A stretch of 63,964 nucleotides of DNA, filler included, from Cladosporium halotolerans (Eukaryota): the NCBI RefSeq assembly GCF_011745625.1. It is 13 parts of 13 records of this genome, joined end to end, with 100 filler letters (N's around TTAATTAATTAA, not from the genome) between each part and the next. Parts side by side here need not be neighbours in the genome. Positions count along the whole stretch, not along the records: positions 45,798 to 50,629 come from NW_027191681.1; positions 50,730 to 55,415 come from NW_027191682.1; positions 55,516 to 60,250 come from NW_027191683.1; 10 more parts are not named here. One strand, written 5' to 3'. The stretch's first letter is position 1. Each line of letters begins with the position of its first letter. This document shows positions 46,136-59,200 of the stretch, one piece after another. The notes under the pieces are model-generated. The model had not been told where the DNA came from, searched no databases, and saw nothing but the letters and a program-made list of their open reading frames with translations. A program made the translations under genes and the position numbers.

Positions 46136-48624
46136 ATGGACGACTTTGCTCGCCTTCAAACATCCGTCCAGTCTGCCCTTGTCGACACCACTCGAAGCGC
46201 CACCGCTCTCGCGGCGGAGGATCTCCCCTTTCACCGTACAGTCGACCCATCGCTCAGCAGTGCCCTTGATACACAGAATGCGCGGCTTCTCTCTCTGGCG
46301 AGCCGCCTTCTCGGTTCTGCGACAGCGCACGCGGACAACGTACGTCCGACCCTGCGCGACATTGAGGATGTCGAAAGCAACTGGACTCGGGTTGTTGATG
46401 TCGTCGACAGCCTGCTTGAACGCGCCGATACCGCGTTGGACGAGTTTACGGGTGCAGTGAAGAGGTTGAGCCCAAGGGAACAGGTAGGACGCATGGACAA
46501 CCGAAACGCAAGAGAATACTTACTGACTGGTCTGAAGACACCGGTCGCGAATAAGTCTTCGAAGGCCTCGCGGACTTCTGCAGCACTACGTCCTCAGGTT
46601 ATCGAAAAGCCGCAGCTTACCTTTGAAGACAAACCTTTCAACCAAGAAACCCAGCCTTTCAGGCCACTTTTGAAGAGCAAGCCTCACGCAAGCGTAGCAC
46701 TGGAGACCCAGCCAAGCAATTCCGAGAAACAGTAAACTCACTCGCCTCCTATGAGATACTCATGGCTCTTGCATATACGGATGCTAACGTTGGCTCCAGA
46801 TTTTCCCATCCCTACCAGCTCGAAATTGAGCAGTACAAATACCCGTCCACAGTTTATACCCACGCCGAGCCGATCTCTTACCATCCATTCGAATCAACCA
46901 CTGCGACATTCGTCGACACCGAGGAGGGCTTGGAGGAGATGCTGCAAGAGTTGAAGAAGGCAAAGGAGATCGCAATCGACCTGGAACACCATGACCAGCG
47001 GTCTTACATCGGCATCGTTTGTTTAATGCAAATCAGCACGCGCGACCGCGACTGGATCGTGGACACCCTCGTACCCTGGCGACGAAAGCTGCAAGCTTTG
47101 AACGAAGTATTTGCGGACCCAACGATCGTCAAGGTTATGCATGGCGCACACATGGACATGATCTGGCTACAGAGGGATCTCGGGCTTTACGTTGTTGGAC
47201 TTTTCGATACCCATCACGCGTCTCGCGCGCTTGGCTATCCTGGTGGTAGCTATGCTTTCTTGCTGCAGAAGTTCACAGGAGTACAAGCACAGAAGCAATA
47301 CCAGACAGCAGACTGGCGCATTCGACCTCTACCCCAGGAACTGGTCGACTATGCCCGCAGCGACACACATTATCTCATGTACATATACGACAACATACGC
47401 AACGAGCTCATCGAGAAGTCAGATTTCTCTCAGCCCCACCACGAGAAGGACAAGGTCCACGACGTCTGCCAGCGCTCGAAAGAGTATGCGCTCCAAAGAT
47501 ACGAGCACCCTGTCTACGACGCAGAGACTGGACAAGGAGCAGGCGGTTGGTACAAGTTGGTCTCACGGACGTCAGCCAACTTGAGCAAACAGGAGTTTGC
47601 TGTCTTCCGCGCCGTTCACCAGTGGCGCGACGAGGTGGCGCGAGAGCAGGACGACAGCGTGAATTTTGTGATGCCGAACCACATGATCTTCACACTTGCC
47701 CGCGCCATGCCGAGCACGAGAGCAGAGCTCCTCGGCGTCGCGCAGCCAGCTACTCAATCTATTCGTCTTCGCGCCGATGAACTAGTTGCCACCATCGTGA
47801 AAGCGAGAACAGATGGCGAGAACGGCCCCGAGCTGATGGAGGTTCTTGCCAAGATCGACCCAGTCCACTTCAAGAAAGCAATGGAGAAAGCGGCGCCTCA
47901 GTCTGCCGCTGGGTTTGAGGGTGTGGCTCGATACATCCAGCCGGGCAACGCCGCAGCACCTACCATCAACGTCAGCTCATTACTCTCAAGCTCCCTCCGC
48001 AGCGGGCTGAGCATGTTCTGGGGCGGCAACAACAACTCGCAGCAGACGAGATCCATGTCCACCGCTCCGAACATCCAACTGAGCGTCCCAATGCCACCCC
48101 TCAACGCCGAGGTCTTCTCCGAGACCGCCGCCTCGGAAGCAGCGCAAATGACCACGCCCTCCGCCCCCGAATCCCGCACCTCCCCCGAACCACCCGCCGA
48201 AGAAGACCAAGACGACACCTTCATCCTCAAGGAACAGGGCCGAGGCAAGAAGCGCAAGCACGCCGACCCCGCGCCCACTTCCGACGCGCTCGCCACCCAG
48301 ACCGACGAAGTCACAATCGACCCCGCTGCTGAAAAGCGGCAGTCGAGGACCCAGCGCAAGAAGGCCAAGAAGCAAGCGAAAGCTGATGCCGACGTGGAAG
48401 CAGCGGCGGGAGACGAAGAGGCCGCTGCGCTTGACGATGAGGAGCCTGCGTTCGACTACGCTTCCGCGCCCAGCATTCTGAACCCGCCCAAGAAGAGCAT
48501 CCAGGAGCTGAAGGCGGAGAGGAAGAAGGTCAAGGATCCGTACAAGAAGAGCATGGATGCGCCGAAGGGCCAGCCTAGGGCTCAGAAGGAGAGGGCGGGC
48601 AAAAGTATGACTTTCAAGAAGTAG
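46136..48624 (+). CDS. RRP6: Nuclear exosome 3'-5' exonuclease Rrp6 (introns 46484-46537 and 46732-46799)
   Basis: PMC2NT (EDLPFHR, VVDVVDSLLE), HPYQLEI, IAIDLEHH, LMQISTR, WLQRD, ADWRIRPLP, YARSDTHYL, HRDC WRDEVAREQDDS, K-rich tail. Confidence 0.97.
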
Positions 48625-49392
48625 GGTCGTCGGGGCCACCGATATTGCAACATAGAACAAATGAGAAGAGGTTGCTGCTTGTGAGGATGGTGCTTGGCCG
48701 GAAGACGAGAAGTGTAGCATACCTACTAGTCTAGAAACACCGCGGGCGCACAAAGCGCCCACTCGAGGGAATACCCAGATTTTACTTCACAGTAACAACT
48801 CCCACGTGCTTCACCTTCGTGGAAATATGCGTAAACACAGGCGCACCACCGCATTTGCATTACACCAACACACATAAACCGAGCGTTTCAAAGAAAGAGG
48901 AAGCGAGTACTGTCTGACAACGACATTGATTCGATGCGGCCAGCAGCTAAACCACTGGCCGAACTACGCTGCCCTCGGGCATCCAACCTCTTTCGAACCT
49001 CATCCAAACACCATCGAAGAAGAACCAAAGAAAGAAAAAAAAAACCAAAGGCCCTGTCAGCCAACATCCAAATCTTCTCGAACACCCGAACACCATGCTA
49101 GAACCAAAGAGAGAGAGAAGAAAAGAAAGGCCCCATCAGCCAACACCTCCAAAAGCCAAAGAGAGAAGAAAAACCAAAAACCGCCCTCCCAACAAGCGCG
49201 CCCCATCCTCACATCCTGCGAAGGCGACGAAAAGAAACAAGCCAGAAGAGACCCAGAGTAGTAACGCCCCGGCGCGTCTCGTCGCCGGTCATTGCATCCC
49301 AGCCACCTTGCGAAAGTAAAAAGCGGAGAAGCTGAAAGCCGCCAGTGGAGTTGTCTTTTGTCTCTGCGTCGTTGTCGTTCGACGCTCGTCGT

Positions 49393-50628
49393 TCAGTGCT
49401 GCTCGTCCATGGCGTCGTCGTGCTCAGCGGCACCGTTGTTGAAAGCGCCGTTGCCGTCGTGGGCAACCTCCTCGTACGGCGGAGGCAAGTCGTTGTTGTT
49501 GGCGAGGGCGGCATTGTTATTGTTGCCAGCGCCGTTTCTGACGTCGCGGCCAACGCCAAAGACAAGTCCGTAGCCATAGAAAAAACCGGCGTCGTAGCCA
49601 CGGTCGTAGCCATCGTGGTGGCCATCGTCGTAGCCATCGTTGTAGCCAGCTTCGTTGCCCTCGCTGTAGCCATTGTAGTGGCCCGCTTCGTAGCCATCGT
49701 AGTGGCCATCGCTTTCGCCATCGCTGTAGCCACGTTCGTAAGCAGCGAGATCGGCAGCGGCATTTCCAGCGTTATTGCCAGCAGGCTGGACTTGAACGCC
49801 GGCGTTCATGTTGCCGAGTCCTCCAGGGTTGCCAGCGCCGTGCATGTTGCCGAGACCAGGAACGTTGCCAGCGGCGTAGACATTGCCGTGGACAGGAGCG
49901 AAGCCACCGGCGTTCATGTTGTCGAGACCAGCAAAGTTGTCAGCGCCGTAGACATTGCCATGGACAGGGGCGTAGCCACCCGGATTGATGTTGCCGAGTC
50001 CGATGGGGTTGCCAGCGCCGTATGCATTCCCGTAAACAGGGGCTTGGCCAGGACCGTACATGCCGGGAGCCGCAATGCCAGCGCCAAAGACATTGTTGAA
50101 AATTGCGATGTATCCGTGGTTGTTCATGTTGGCGAGGGGGGCAGGGGCGACAGCGGGGCCGTCGAGCCCGGCGAGGTTGCCGGCGTCGCCAGGGCCGGGA
50201 GCACGGGGGATGGCAGCAGCGCCGATGTTGTGGGCTGCTGCGCCGGCGGCCGCGCCTTGGGGAGAACCAAAGCGCGGACCGTTGCCGGCGCCGCCGACGC
50301 GCCCATTGCCGACACCGAAGAGCCGGCCAACACCAACGCCACCACCACCGTTCCCGTTGCCGTCGCCGGGTGGCCCTCCGCCGTCGCCACCATGGTCACG
50401 ACCATGGTCACGGCCGCCCCCCTCGCCACCATCGTCCCCGTCGGAGTCGTCGGAGTCGGAACTCCCATCCCCATCCCCATCCCCATCCTCATCATCCTCC
50501 TCTTCCTCCCCTACCTCATCCTCGTCCTCGTCCTCCTCCTCCTCCTCCTCCTCCTCCTCCTCCTCCTCCTCCTCCTCCTCCTCCTCCTCCTCTTCCTCCC
50601 CTACCCCATCCCCCTCCCTCTCTCTCGC
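49393..50628 (-). CDS. Low-complexity protein (poly-E/D, G-rich, G/N pseudo-repeats, GYxxG repeats, PPPY), 5'-truncated
   Basis: Frame is open from the contig end through MNNHG..DEQH*; regular GGC/AAC/GAC codon use. Confidence 0.75.
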   Translation of the reverse strand, partial: AREREGDGVGEEEEEEEEEEEEEEEEEEEEEEDEDEDEVGEEEEDDEDGDGDGDGSSDSDDSDGDDGGEGGGRDHGRDHGGDGGGPPGDGNGNGGGGVGVGRLFGVGNGRVGGAGNGPRFGSPQGAAAGAAAHNIGAAAIPRAPGPGDAGNLAGLDGPAVAPAPLANMNNHGYIAIFNNVFGAGIAAPGMYGPGQAPVYGNAYGAGNPIGLGNINPGGYAPVHGNVYGADNFAGLDNMNAGGFAPVHGNVYAAGNVPGLGNMHGAGNPGGLGNMNAGVQVQPAGNNAGNAAADLAAYERGYSDGESDGHYDGYEAGHYNGYSEGNEAGYNDGYDDGHHDGYDRGYDAGFFYGYGLVFGVGRDVRNGAGNNNNAALANNNDLPPPYEEVAHDGNGAFNNGAAEHDDAMDEQH

Positions 50629-50729
50629 CNNNNNNNNNNNNNNNNNNNNNNNNNNNNNNNNNNNNNNNNNNNNTTAATTAATTAANNNNNNNNNNNNNNN
50701 NNNNNNNNNNNNNNNNNNNNNNNNNNNNN

Positions 50730-53700
50730 TTCAGGTTGGCTACATATATACAGTCCTTACCTCCAGAATGTAGAGAAGATATGGGATGATATTGCGCACG
50801 ATGCTACTGATCAGAAAATGATCAACAGGTTATGAGCCCGGAAGCTGCTTTACGCATTCGTTGAGATATACGACTTTTGTATCATTCCCCACACTTTGTC
50901 CTTGTGGTGGTCGTCTCCAACGCGGCGACGATTGTTTCACAAGGGGAGTTCTCTTCGCTGAGATACTCCATATTCCGAGCGAGTTGAGGGTGCGCTGCGG
51001 CTCACCTTCTCTCTTCTCGAACATCAGGAGTTCAAGTGCGCACCGCGACTTGCTCTATCAAGACGCCACCTCGATACTCGACAACGGCGAAGATGCAGAG
51101 CTCTGGATCCGCCGGATCGAGCAAACTCACCAAGCTGAAAGGCCGAGAAAACTACAGGTTTTTGGCGCACTCAAATTCAGTTCTATCTCGACGAGCACAA
51201 TTGTTGGGACATCGTCACTGGCCTCGAACCTCGACCTGACGGATCTGCGCCGCAGACGCCTGTCACTGGGGACGACGAGACCATCGCTTCAAGTGACAGA
51301 CACCAACAACACACTCTGCGTGACTGGAAGTCGAGGAATGCTCGCGCTGCGAGAGTTATCATGACCTCGACTGTCCCGGAGATTGGTGAGAATCTGGTCG
51401 ATTTTACAGATGCCCAATCCATGTGGGTCTACCTCAAACGTTATGAAGGCTCAGGACCAGCACAGCGCATTGAAGCCTACAATGCATGGAAGGACCTTCA
51501 GTTCAACGGCAGGGATTTGCAAGTCTTCACCGAGAAGTATCAGAAGACTCTGCGGCAGATGGACAACTTCAACATGGCACTCGGCCATGAGCTTCGTGTG
51601 TATGACCTGATCAACCGCGTAGCGCCGTTCTACTCCACCTGGGCAGACATCAAGCGTGAAAGTCTTCGAAAGGTCACGCTTGCCGCTACCGCACCCGCCG
51701 ATGAGCATCTACCTTCCATCGATAGTCTGACCAAGGATCTGTTGGACCAGGACGCCGAGATGAGACGTCAGGACAAGAACGTAAACGTCACGTTCAAGTC
51801 ACCGCCTTCAAGGAGCCACCAGCGGAAAAACACCGGAAAGGCGGCTTTGAAGTGCACTCACTGCCATATGACTGGACATACCGAGGACAAATGCTACCGG
51901 AAACATGGGTTTCCCGAGGGTAGAGGTCCCAATAAGCATGTCAAGAGCACTGAGAATACCGGCGCTGTGGGCGCCGTCACTGCCAATCGCGGCATGACCT
52001 TGGCGATGCGCGAGATACCGTATACGCCTACACATTTTGCTTCTCGAAGCCTATCAGCAAAAGACAGCTGGTGCTTCGATTCTGGAGCGGTCTATCATAT
52101 CACCAACGATCTGAACGACTTTGACGAGTACACGGCTGTCGACTCTGGCGTCGTCGTTGGGGACAACCGCCCACTCAAAGGCTTTGCTGTTGGCAAGGCC
52201 ACTTTACCCCTCGTTGGGATCGACGGCAGCATTACGCCCGTCACATTCACTGATGTGCTCTACGTGCCGCAGCTCTCGGTGAAGATCATATCCGAGCAAG
52301 TGCTGCGTGCCAAGCACAAGGTCTATTACAGCGGTGAGACCTTTTCGTTGTATAAGCGTACCGCTGCCGGCGGCGCTTTACACTTTGCTACGCTTCAGGA
52401 CATCGATGGACTACCGCATTTAGTCATCGACAGTACCCATAGGAAGCAATTTTTCGTTCGCGCTGAACCACCAGCTGCTGAAACTTCTGTGCCTTGTGAT
52501 TCTTCTGATGCATCTGATTCAGAATGCCAAGCCAAGGTGCTTCTTAATTCGCATAAGATATCCTCGTCTGCCGCGTCCGCCAAAGATTGGCACGCACGCC
52601 TCGGTCATCTTTCTGACCGTGCTCTCCAGAATTTGACTGTTGAGGGGGTGACCATTGTCGGATCTTGCGATCATGGCTCCTGCGATGCTTGTTTGCAAGG
52701 CAAATTTAAGCGCAAGAAGTCGCGTGTCCCAGTGCCTCGACCAGCACACGTATACGACGAACTCAGTATCGACGTTGTCCAGAGTCGGCACGAAGGGATC
52801 GGCGGTGTGAATTGGCTCACTATTGCCACGGATGGCAAGAGTCTTTACCGCCATGAGTTCACTCACCGATTGAAGAGCTTTGCAGGAGAAAAGATCGTCC
52901 ACTTGCTCATTCATATCGAAAATCAGACAGGTCGCCGCGTGAAACGCTTGCGACTGGACAACGGCAACGAATTCGCCACTGTCAAGACCTACTGTGAGAA
53001 GAACGGCATCCTTCTGATGCCTACTACTGCGCACAATTCATCACAAAATGGACGTGCAGAGGTCTCCAACTACATCGTTGAGAGAACAGCTCGTACCATG
53101 ATGATCGCTGGTAAAGTGCCGCAGCACCTTTGGCCGTATGCCGTTCGGACTGCGGTGATGCTTCTCAACCTCACACCGTCTCCCGCTCTCGACTACAAGT
53201 CGGCGATTCAGCTGCTTGAAGAGCTTGGCGACGACTTCAAAGGCCCCATTCACCTTGGCCATCTGAAAGCCTATGGTTGCAGAGCCCTGGTCTATGATGA
53301 GACCAAACCACGTGGTGACAAGTTCACTTCACGTGTTGATGTGGGCAAGCTCGTCGGATACGAGCGTGGCACCCACAACATCTTTTATGTCTATCTGCCC
53401 GTCCGCCACAAGGTTGTGCGCACGAGTAATGTGGTTTTCGAGGAACCCCGATTTGACACCAACGATGATGATGCTCTCGTCGACGAGGATGAAGACTCCA
53501 ATGGCTATATCGATCCAGAAGAGGAGCTCTATGATCCTGCACCAATTGCCTCTTCAGGGGGTGATGTAGGTATGGAAGAGCCACTGGTGCCGATTAGACC
53601 TGCGTCGTATTCCGAACCGCAAGGTGTTACTGAACCTGAGTATATTGACACTGGTATGCCGGATCCTGGTCACCGTTCTTCACCTCCGCAAACTGAAGAT

Positions 53701-55415
53701 GCGGTTGAGCCTCCCACGGTTGATGATGAACCGCCCTCAACCGCACCACGCCGCAGCAGCCGTCCCGCACAGCATTCACAGAAGGCTCAAGATAACATGG
53801 ACCAGGGCAAGACGTCCTTCGGTCGAAGGAGCAATGTGAATCTGGTGAGACGATTGCATCAAGTCTACATGACCTCTGTCGCAGGCAACGTTGGACTGCA
53901 ACCATCCAGCCTGTCAGTCAAGGATATCATCATCCCGAAGACATATGCTGAGGCAATGGCTTCGTCTCAATCTGAGGAATGGCTGGCGGCAATGGAGGGA
54001 GAGGTGCGGAATCTCAGGTCGAATAGTACCTGGAAATCTGTTCACCCGATGCAGACACCGCACAATGCCAACATCATCGCAGGTCGCTGGGTGTTCACCA
54101 TAAAAGCTGATGCTGACGGCAATCCCACACGGTTCAAGGCACGGTGGGTTGCGCGTGGCTTCACCCAAAAGCATGGTGTCGATTACGAGGACACCTATGC
54201 ATCAGTTACCAAACCAGCTACGGTGAAAATCATGCTAGCGCTCGCTGCTAAGCTTGATCTCGAATGCAAGCAGTTTGACCTCGTCACTGCCTTTCTTAAT
54301 GCTCTCATCAAGAAATATGAAATCTATGTTGAGATGCCACATGGGTTTGAGGAGTATGGCACAGACGGCACGCAACTCGTTTGCCTGCTGCAACGTGCGC
54401 TCTACGGCCTCAAACAGTCGCCCTTACTCTGGTATGAGGAGCTGACAACATTTCTGCGCTCCATTGGCTGTCGGCCATTACGGAGCGATCCCTGCCTGTT
54501 TGTGCATTCCGCCACAGGCACCTTCATCTTGATATACGTCGACGATCTTCTGCTTCTTGCAAAGTCTGATGCGACAGTTGATCAAATTGCTGGGCTTCTT
54601 GCCAAGAAGTTTCCAATGAAGGAACTGGGGGATGTCACCTGGTTTCTGGGATGCAGGATCATTCGCGACAGGTCGCAGCGTAAAGTCTGGATAGTTCAGG
54701 ACGCCTACATTGGACGTATGGCAGAACGTTTTGGTGTCGTACTCAAGAAGCGCTTGACACCAATGAAGAGCGGGACCGAACTACGCAAGGCGCCGACTGA
54801 TTATGCCGCTAAGAAGAAGCTGCGCCATCAGTATCAAGAGCTTGTCGGCTCGATGATGTGGCCAGCTACGATTACACGTGGGGATATTGCCACAACAGTG
54901 AGCAAGCTCGCGATGTACCTGACCAATCCTACGCAAGACCATTTTGATGCCGCTGTCTGGTGTGCCGAGTACCTACTCCACACCAAGACAGAAGGGCTGT
55001 GCCTTGGAGGCAATGATGGTCAACCCACATTGCAGCTCGAAGGCTATGTCGATGCCTCATGGGCCGACAACGCAGACGACCGCCGATCCACGTGCGGTGT
55101 ACTGTTCAAATTTGGAGGCGGTCCAGTCTTTTGGAAGTCTGGACGTCAATCCATTGTTGCTCTCTCTACTACAGAGTCCGAGTACATTGCCATGAGCGTT
55201 GCCGCAAAGGAGGCAGCCGCTCTACGCCGTCTTGTGTCCGAGATCTTGGACGAGGAGCAAGGTGCTATCGTCGTCCATGAGGACAATCAGCCGGCCATTG
55301 ACCTTCTCCGCAAGCCACCCGGAGCCGATACCAGGACTAAGCACATGGATGTGCGCTACCACTACATCCGCCAGGAAGTAGATCGCGGTGCAATCAAAGT
55401 CGTCAAAATTCCCAC
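50730..55415 (+). mobile_element. Ty1/Copia LTR retrotransposon (LTR end 50827, PBS 50828-50839, gag-pol from 51093)
   Basis: CTHCHMTGHTEDKC knuckle, protease WCFDSGA, WHARLGH, integrase RLDNGNEF/NGRAE, RT FKARWVARGF and IYVDD, RNase H YVDAS/EDNQ/TKHMDVRYH, in Copia order. Confidence 0.98.
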
Positions 55416-55515
55416 NNNNNNNNNNNNNNNNNNNNNNNNNNNNNNNNNNNNNNNNNNNNTTAATTAATTAANNNNNNNNNNNNNNNNNNNNNNNNNNNNN
55501 NNNNNNNNNNNNNNN

Positions 55516-55812
55516 CGGTTGATACAACTCACTGAGCACGTCGACTTGCTTGAAGCCGATCATCTTCGCTAGGTCGCGACAGCTCTGTTGCGTATCGCCA
55601 GACTCTTTCCAGGACTGAAAGAGCCCAATGTCCAAATACAACTTGACGGAAGCCGTGAGGGCGGGAACGTCGATAACGATTTCCCAAACGCGCTCGAAAG
55701 GATCTTGCAGCCTGGTCAGCAGCGCTTGACACGCATTCACGGCTTCGATCCGGTCTCGATTGGTTGCAAAAGACTCTCGGGAGATGGTGCGCAACACCCG
55801 GACGGTCTCCAT
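55516..55812 (-). CDS. O-methyltransferase-like protein, first exon (remainder off contig)
   Basis: DRIEAVNACQALLTRLQDPFERVW..ASVKLYLDIGLF..W...LAKMIG fits the fungal OMT N-terminal dimerisation region; GTGAGT donor follows. Confidence 0.65.
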
Positions 55813-56238
55813 TGTTGGTGCGGTGGTGTGACTTGACCAAAGGATGACCAGATCAGACGTCGCGCGGATAGAACATACGTTATAAGGGTCTTCTTGGGAA
55901 TGGTTCGAACGTATCTTACGGAGCTACGTAATATCACAGCACTATGCAAATCGAGATACGGGCTTCCAGGGTGGAGCTTGACGATTGAATTCCGGGAAAC
56001 GTGGGACTGCCTGTCGTCAAAGCACTGTCTTCGGCAGCGATAAGGGCCTGCAAAAGGGTTGCGCAAAAATCTGTTTGTGGCAGGATATTGTAACAGTCCT
56101 GAGCACAAGTCATACCTAAACCCATCTCTCGAAGAACCCCTGGTTCCCACGACGAAAGTTCTTGTTGATGCCTTCTCATGGCACGATCTGGCGGTACCAA
56201 CAACTTTGCTTCGGAGGTCGTCATTCCTCGAGACCTGC

Positions 56239-59200
56239 TCACGCCCCACTGTAGTCCGCATAAGGAGTAACGTTAGGACTGAGCTCGTCGTGCGTTAGCT
56301 TTCTCGCTTTGCGGTGATTGAAGGCTTGTGTCGGAAGCTGTTGAGATGAAGCCCTCCGCTTTCGGTCATCCAATTTGGGGAGCTCTGGCAAACGATCGCA
56401 AACACACCGCTCACGTTCTGAGGGGCCCAAGGAGAACACGTCGAACAGGCCCTGTTGCTTGCAGAACCACGACATTGTCTGAGGAAAGCCCGATATTGGG
56501 TACTTCACGTCTTTATCGAGCTTGATGTAGATGGCGTGGGGGCTGTCTCGGCCACGGACGTGGAACTGGACATGCTGAGCGAACATCCTGCAACTGGGAC
56601 AGATCGCGTCTGCCAAGCACACCTCGCCCAGTTCGTCCTCTTCGCTCACAAACTCTACGGACGGATAGTTCAAGGAAAGAAGCAAGTCAAGGACGAGACC
56701 GGGATCACCTCTGATGCGAATGGTTCCTTCGCAGAGATACGTGGCGGCCCGACCGTGCTTTGGACTGCGGCAGAGTTCGAAGAAAAAGGACGAGGCGATC
56801 AGTGCGATCTTGAATTCAGTCCGCGTTTCTTCGGACGGGTAGGACTTGATATGTTCGCGGATGTGCTGAATCTGTTCAACATCATCCAGACGCGGAAGGC
56901 CGTCTGGAAATTCGGGATTTATTCTGAAGTATGTCATACGCCTGGTGTCGTCCAAGGCGGCGCGCACTCGTTCGTGGACCTCTTCGCCATCTATGGCCTC
57001 CAGCAACCTCGCTCGGGACCATCGCAGAAGCCTGGCCAGCGTGCCGTTCTGGATCTTTCCCCGGAAGGGTGTTTGAGTGTGGACCTGCGATTGCCGAGTC
57101 TGCCCGGTACCTAGAGAAAGGATGAGAGAGGGCGACGTGTCCGGCCATAATTTCAAGCTCTCTGCCATGGCGATGTCAGTGTTGTTGGGATTGCGGAACC
57201 CACCGTCCCGGTGCACTCCGTCGTCACCTATCGCGACGGGTTCGAAAAAGCTACAGACAAGTCGGTCAGCGCTGATGACTCAGGGCGTCTCCCGCTGTGG
57301 CGGATACTGTACGACGCACGGTGGAGCTGCGGACGTTGCTCTCGCTCTGGACACTCGCCGTTAGCGTTGGGCCCGTTCCCGAGTTGGCGGGAGCGTCTGG
57401 CTAATCTACTACTCACACTTCCCACAGGAATGGACTTTCGTCCGCGCGACTGCTTGTGTGCCGGTGATACGTCGACTGAGGAAATCGAGACTGGCGTTTA
57501 GAATCACTGACACCTCCCGTCACCGCTTTGAGGGGATGGCTCTGGTCGTTCGACGCGGCCACGGTGTAGTTTGAGAAGACGAAGGCTGCTGTGTCATCGA
57601 CTTTCGTCGTGGTCACCGCATACTTGTGGCGTGACAGGCTTGCCGGAGCAGGCCCGAGCATCCGTGTTTCCGCACCGAAGCTCTCTTGAAGCAACGAAAC
57701 CACCGTTTCGCTGCCGTAAAGTCCATCGTGTAGCAGGCAGCACGTCAGAGTGTGGGCCAAACCGAGCACGCCTTTCATCCGCGCGCTCGACGGTGCGAAC
57801 ATTCGTTGCGCGGCTTCGCAGAACGATTTCGTGCAGTGCTGGAGGCTCCACTGCTTTGCGAACATACCAAGGACAACGAGACCGCCTAAGCGAACGTCAG
57901 CAGGCTGCGTCAGAGAACATGGAAGCAGCGAGGGTGCGGAATGCGACCCCAATCGGACGTACCCGCACTGACGCCAAACGCGAGGTCGAAGAAATCTTGC
58001 AGCCGAGCTTGAGGACCGAGATCTTTTTGCAGCTTGTTGAGGACATCGAGGGGCACGATGCCGCGTACACCACCGCCATCGATCGTCAGTATGCGCGGTC
58101 CCGCGGTCGGTGGCTTCAAGTGAACCACCAAGCCGACAGGAAAAGCGCAAATCGCGCATTCCTCTACGACGTAGCGGTACTCTTCGCCCGCCCACGGTCT
58201 TCCAAACCGCCTGACGCACAGGTCGCACAGCGTGTGACCGCATTCGAGAACATGTTGCGGAGAGCCAGCCAGGCAGGAGATGCATATTTCGGTAGAAAAC
58301 AACATCTTGCGAGCGTCGCAACGCCCCAGCGACGTCAGGCTGTTTCTGTGCTGACGTAGAGCCCAGTCTTGCTTTCCGTCCCTCCGGCAAGCCAACGAGG
58401 CAAATTTGGCGAGTATCTTGAAGCGGCCGTCCTTGCAGATGCTGTTCTGGAGCGCTCTCTCGCCCGGGTGCGAGAGGGCTGCATGGTTGGATCGGAGAGC
58501 CGTACTCAGAGGCTCGTTGTAGAGCTCTTGAAAAATGTCGCAAGCCCTGAAAGCTGTTTCAATCAGCCAGAAGCGGCCGGCGCTGGTGTTGCATGGCCGG
58601 GGACTTACCATGGGAAGCGCGCGGATACGCATCCAGCAACAAGCACGAGCTGATCAGCGTGGTGACCTTGTCGAAGCCAACGCCGTGCTTGGCCCTATTG
58701 CGCAAGATCACGCCGATCTGCTCGGGGTAGGATGGGGGTACGGGTCGGTGCGCCCTTGAAGCGGATATAAAACTGAACTTCTGAGTGGGATTGCTCCCGA
58801 CGTGCAAGGTTGCTTGGGAAAAGAATTCGGCCAGATGGCAGGCGCTGAACGAGACTCGATGCCTCTCCTTCACGGAATTGGAATTTGTCAGCTCTTCGAG
58901 CAGCAAGGGACGAAAGTCCTCGTGAAACTCTTCGAGGCTGCCTGTGTCAAAGCGGAGGATCTGTACATTCGAAAAATGATTGCGGAATTCGATCTTCTCC
59001 AGCCGTGAGCGCGCTGCTTCCTCTTGGATCTGGGCATCGGCATCCAAGGGCCCAGAGGTAATCAGGAACACTCTGGGGAGTGCCCGACGGGGGAAGTCAG
59101 CAAGGTCCGTTGCGGGCGGAGTGAGCGACCACTTTTTGAGCTTGTCCAGTGCAACATCGAATCCGCCGAGGTCTTTCACGAATATGCACACGAGGTCTGA

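Noticed and set aside
46136..48624. Core gene RRP6 captured in accessory DNA
   Set aside because: Its contig ends in a (CCT)n tract that explains the break; no TE or duplication evidence.
49345..50685. 446-aa V/A-rich plus-strand ORF with poly-Leu
   Set aside because: Antisense shadow of the low-complexity minus-strand gene.
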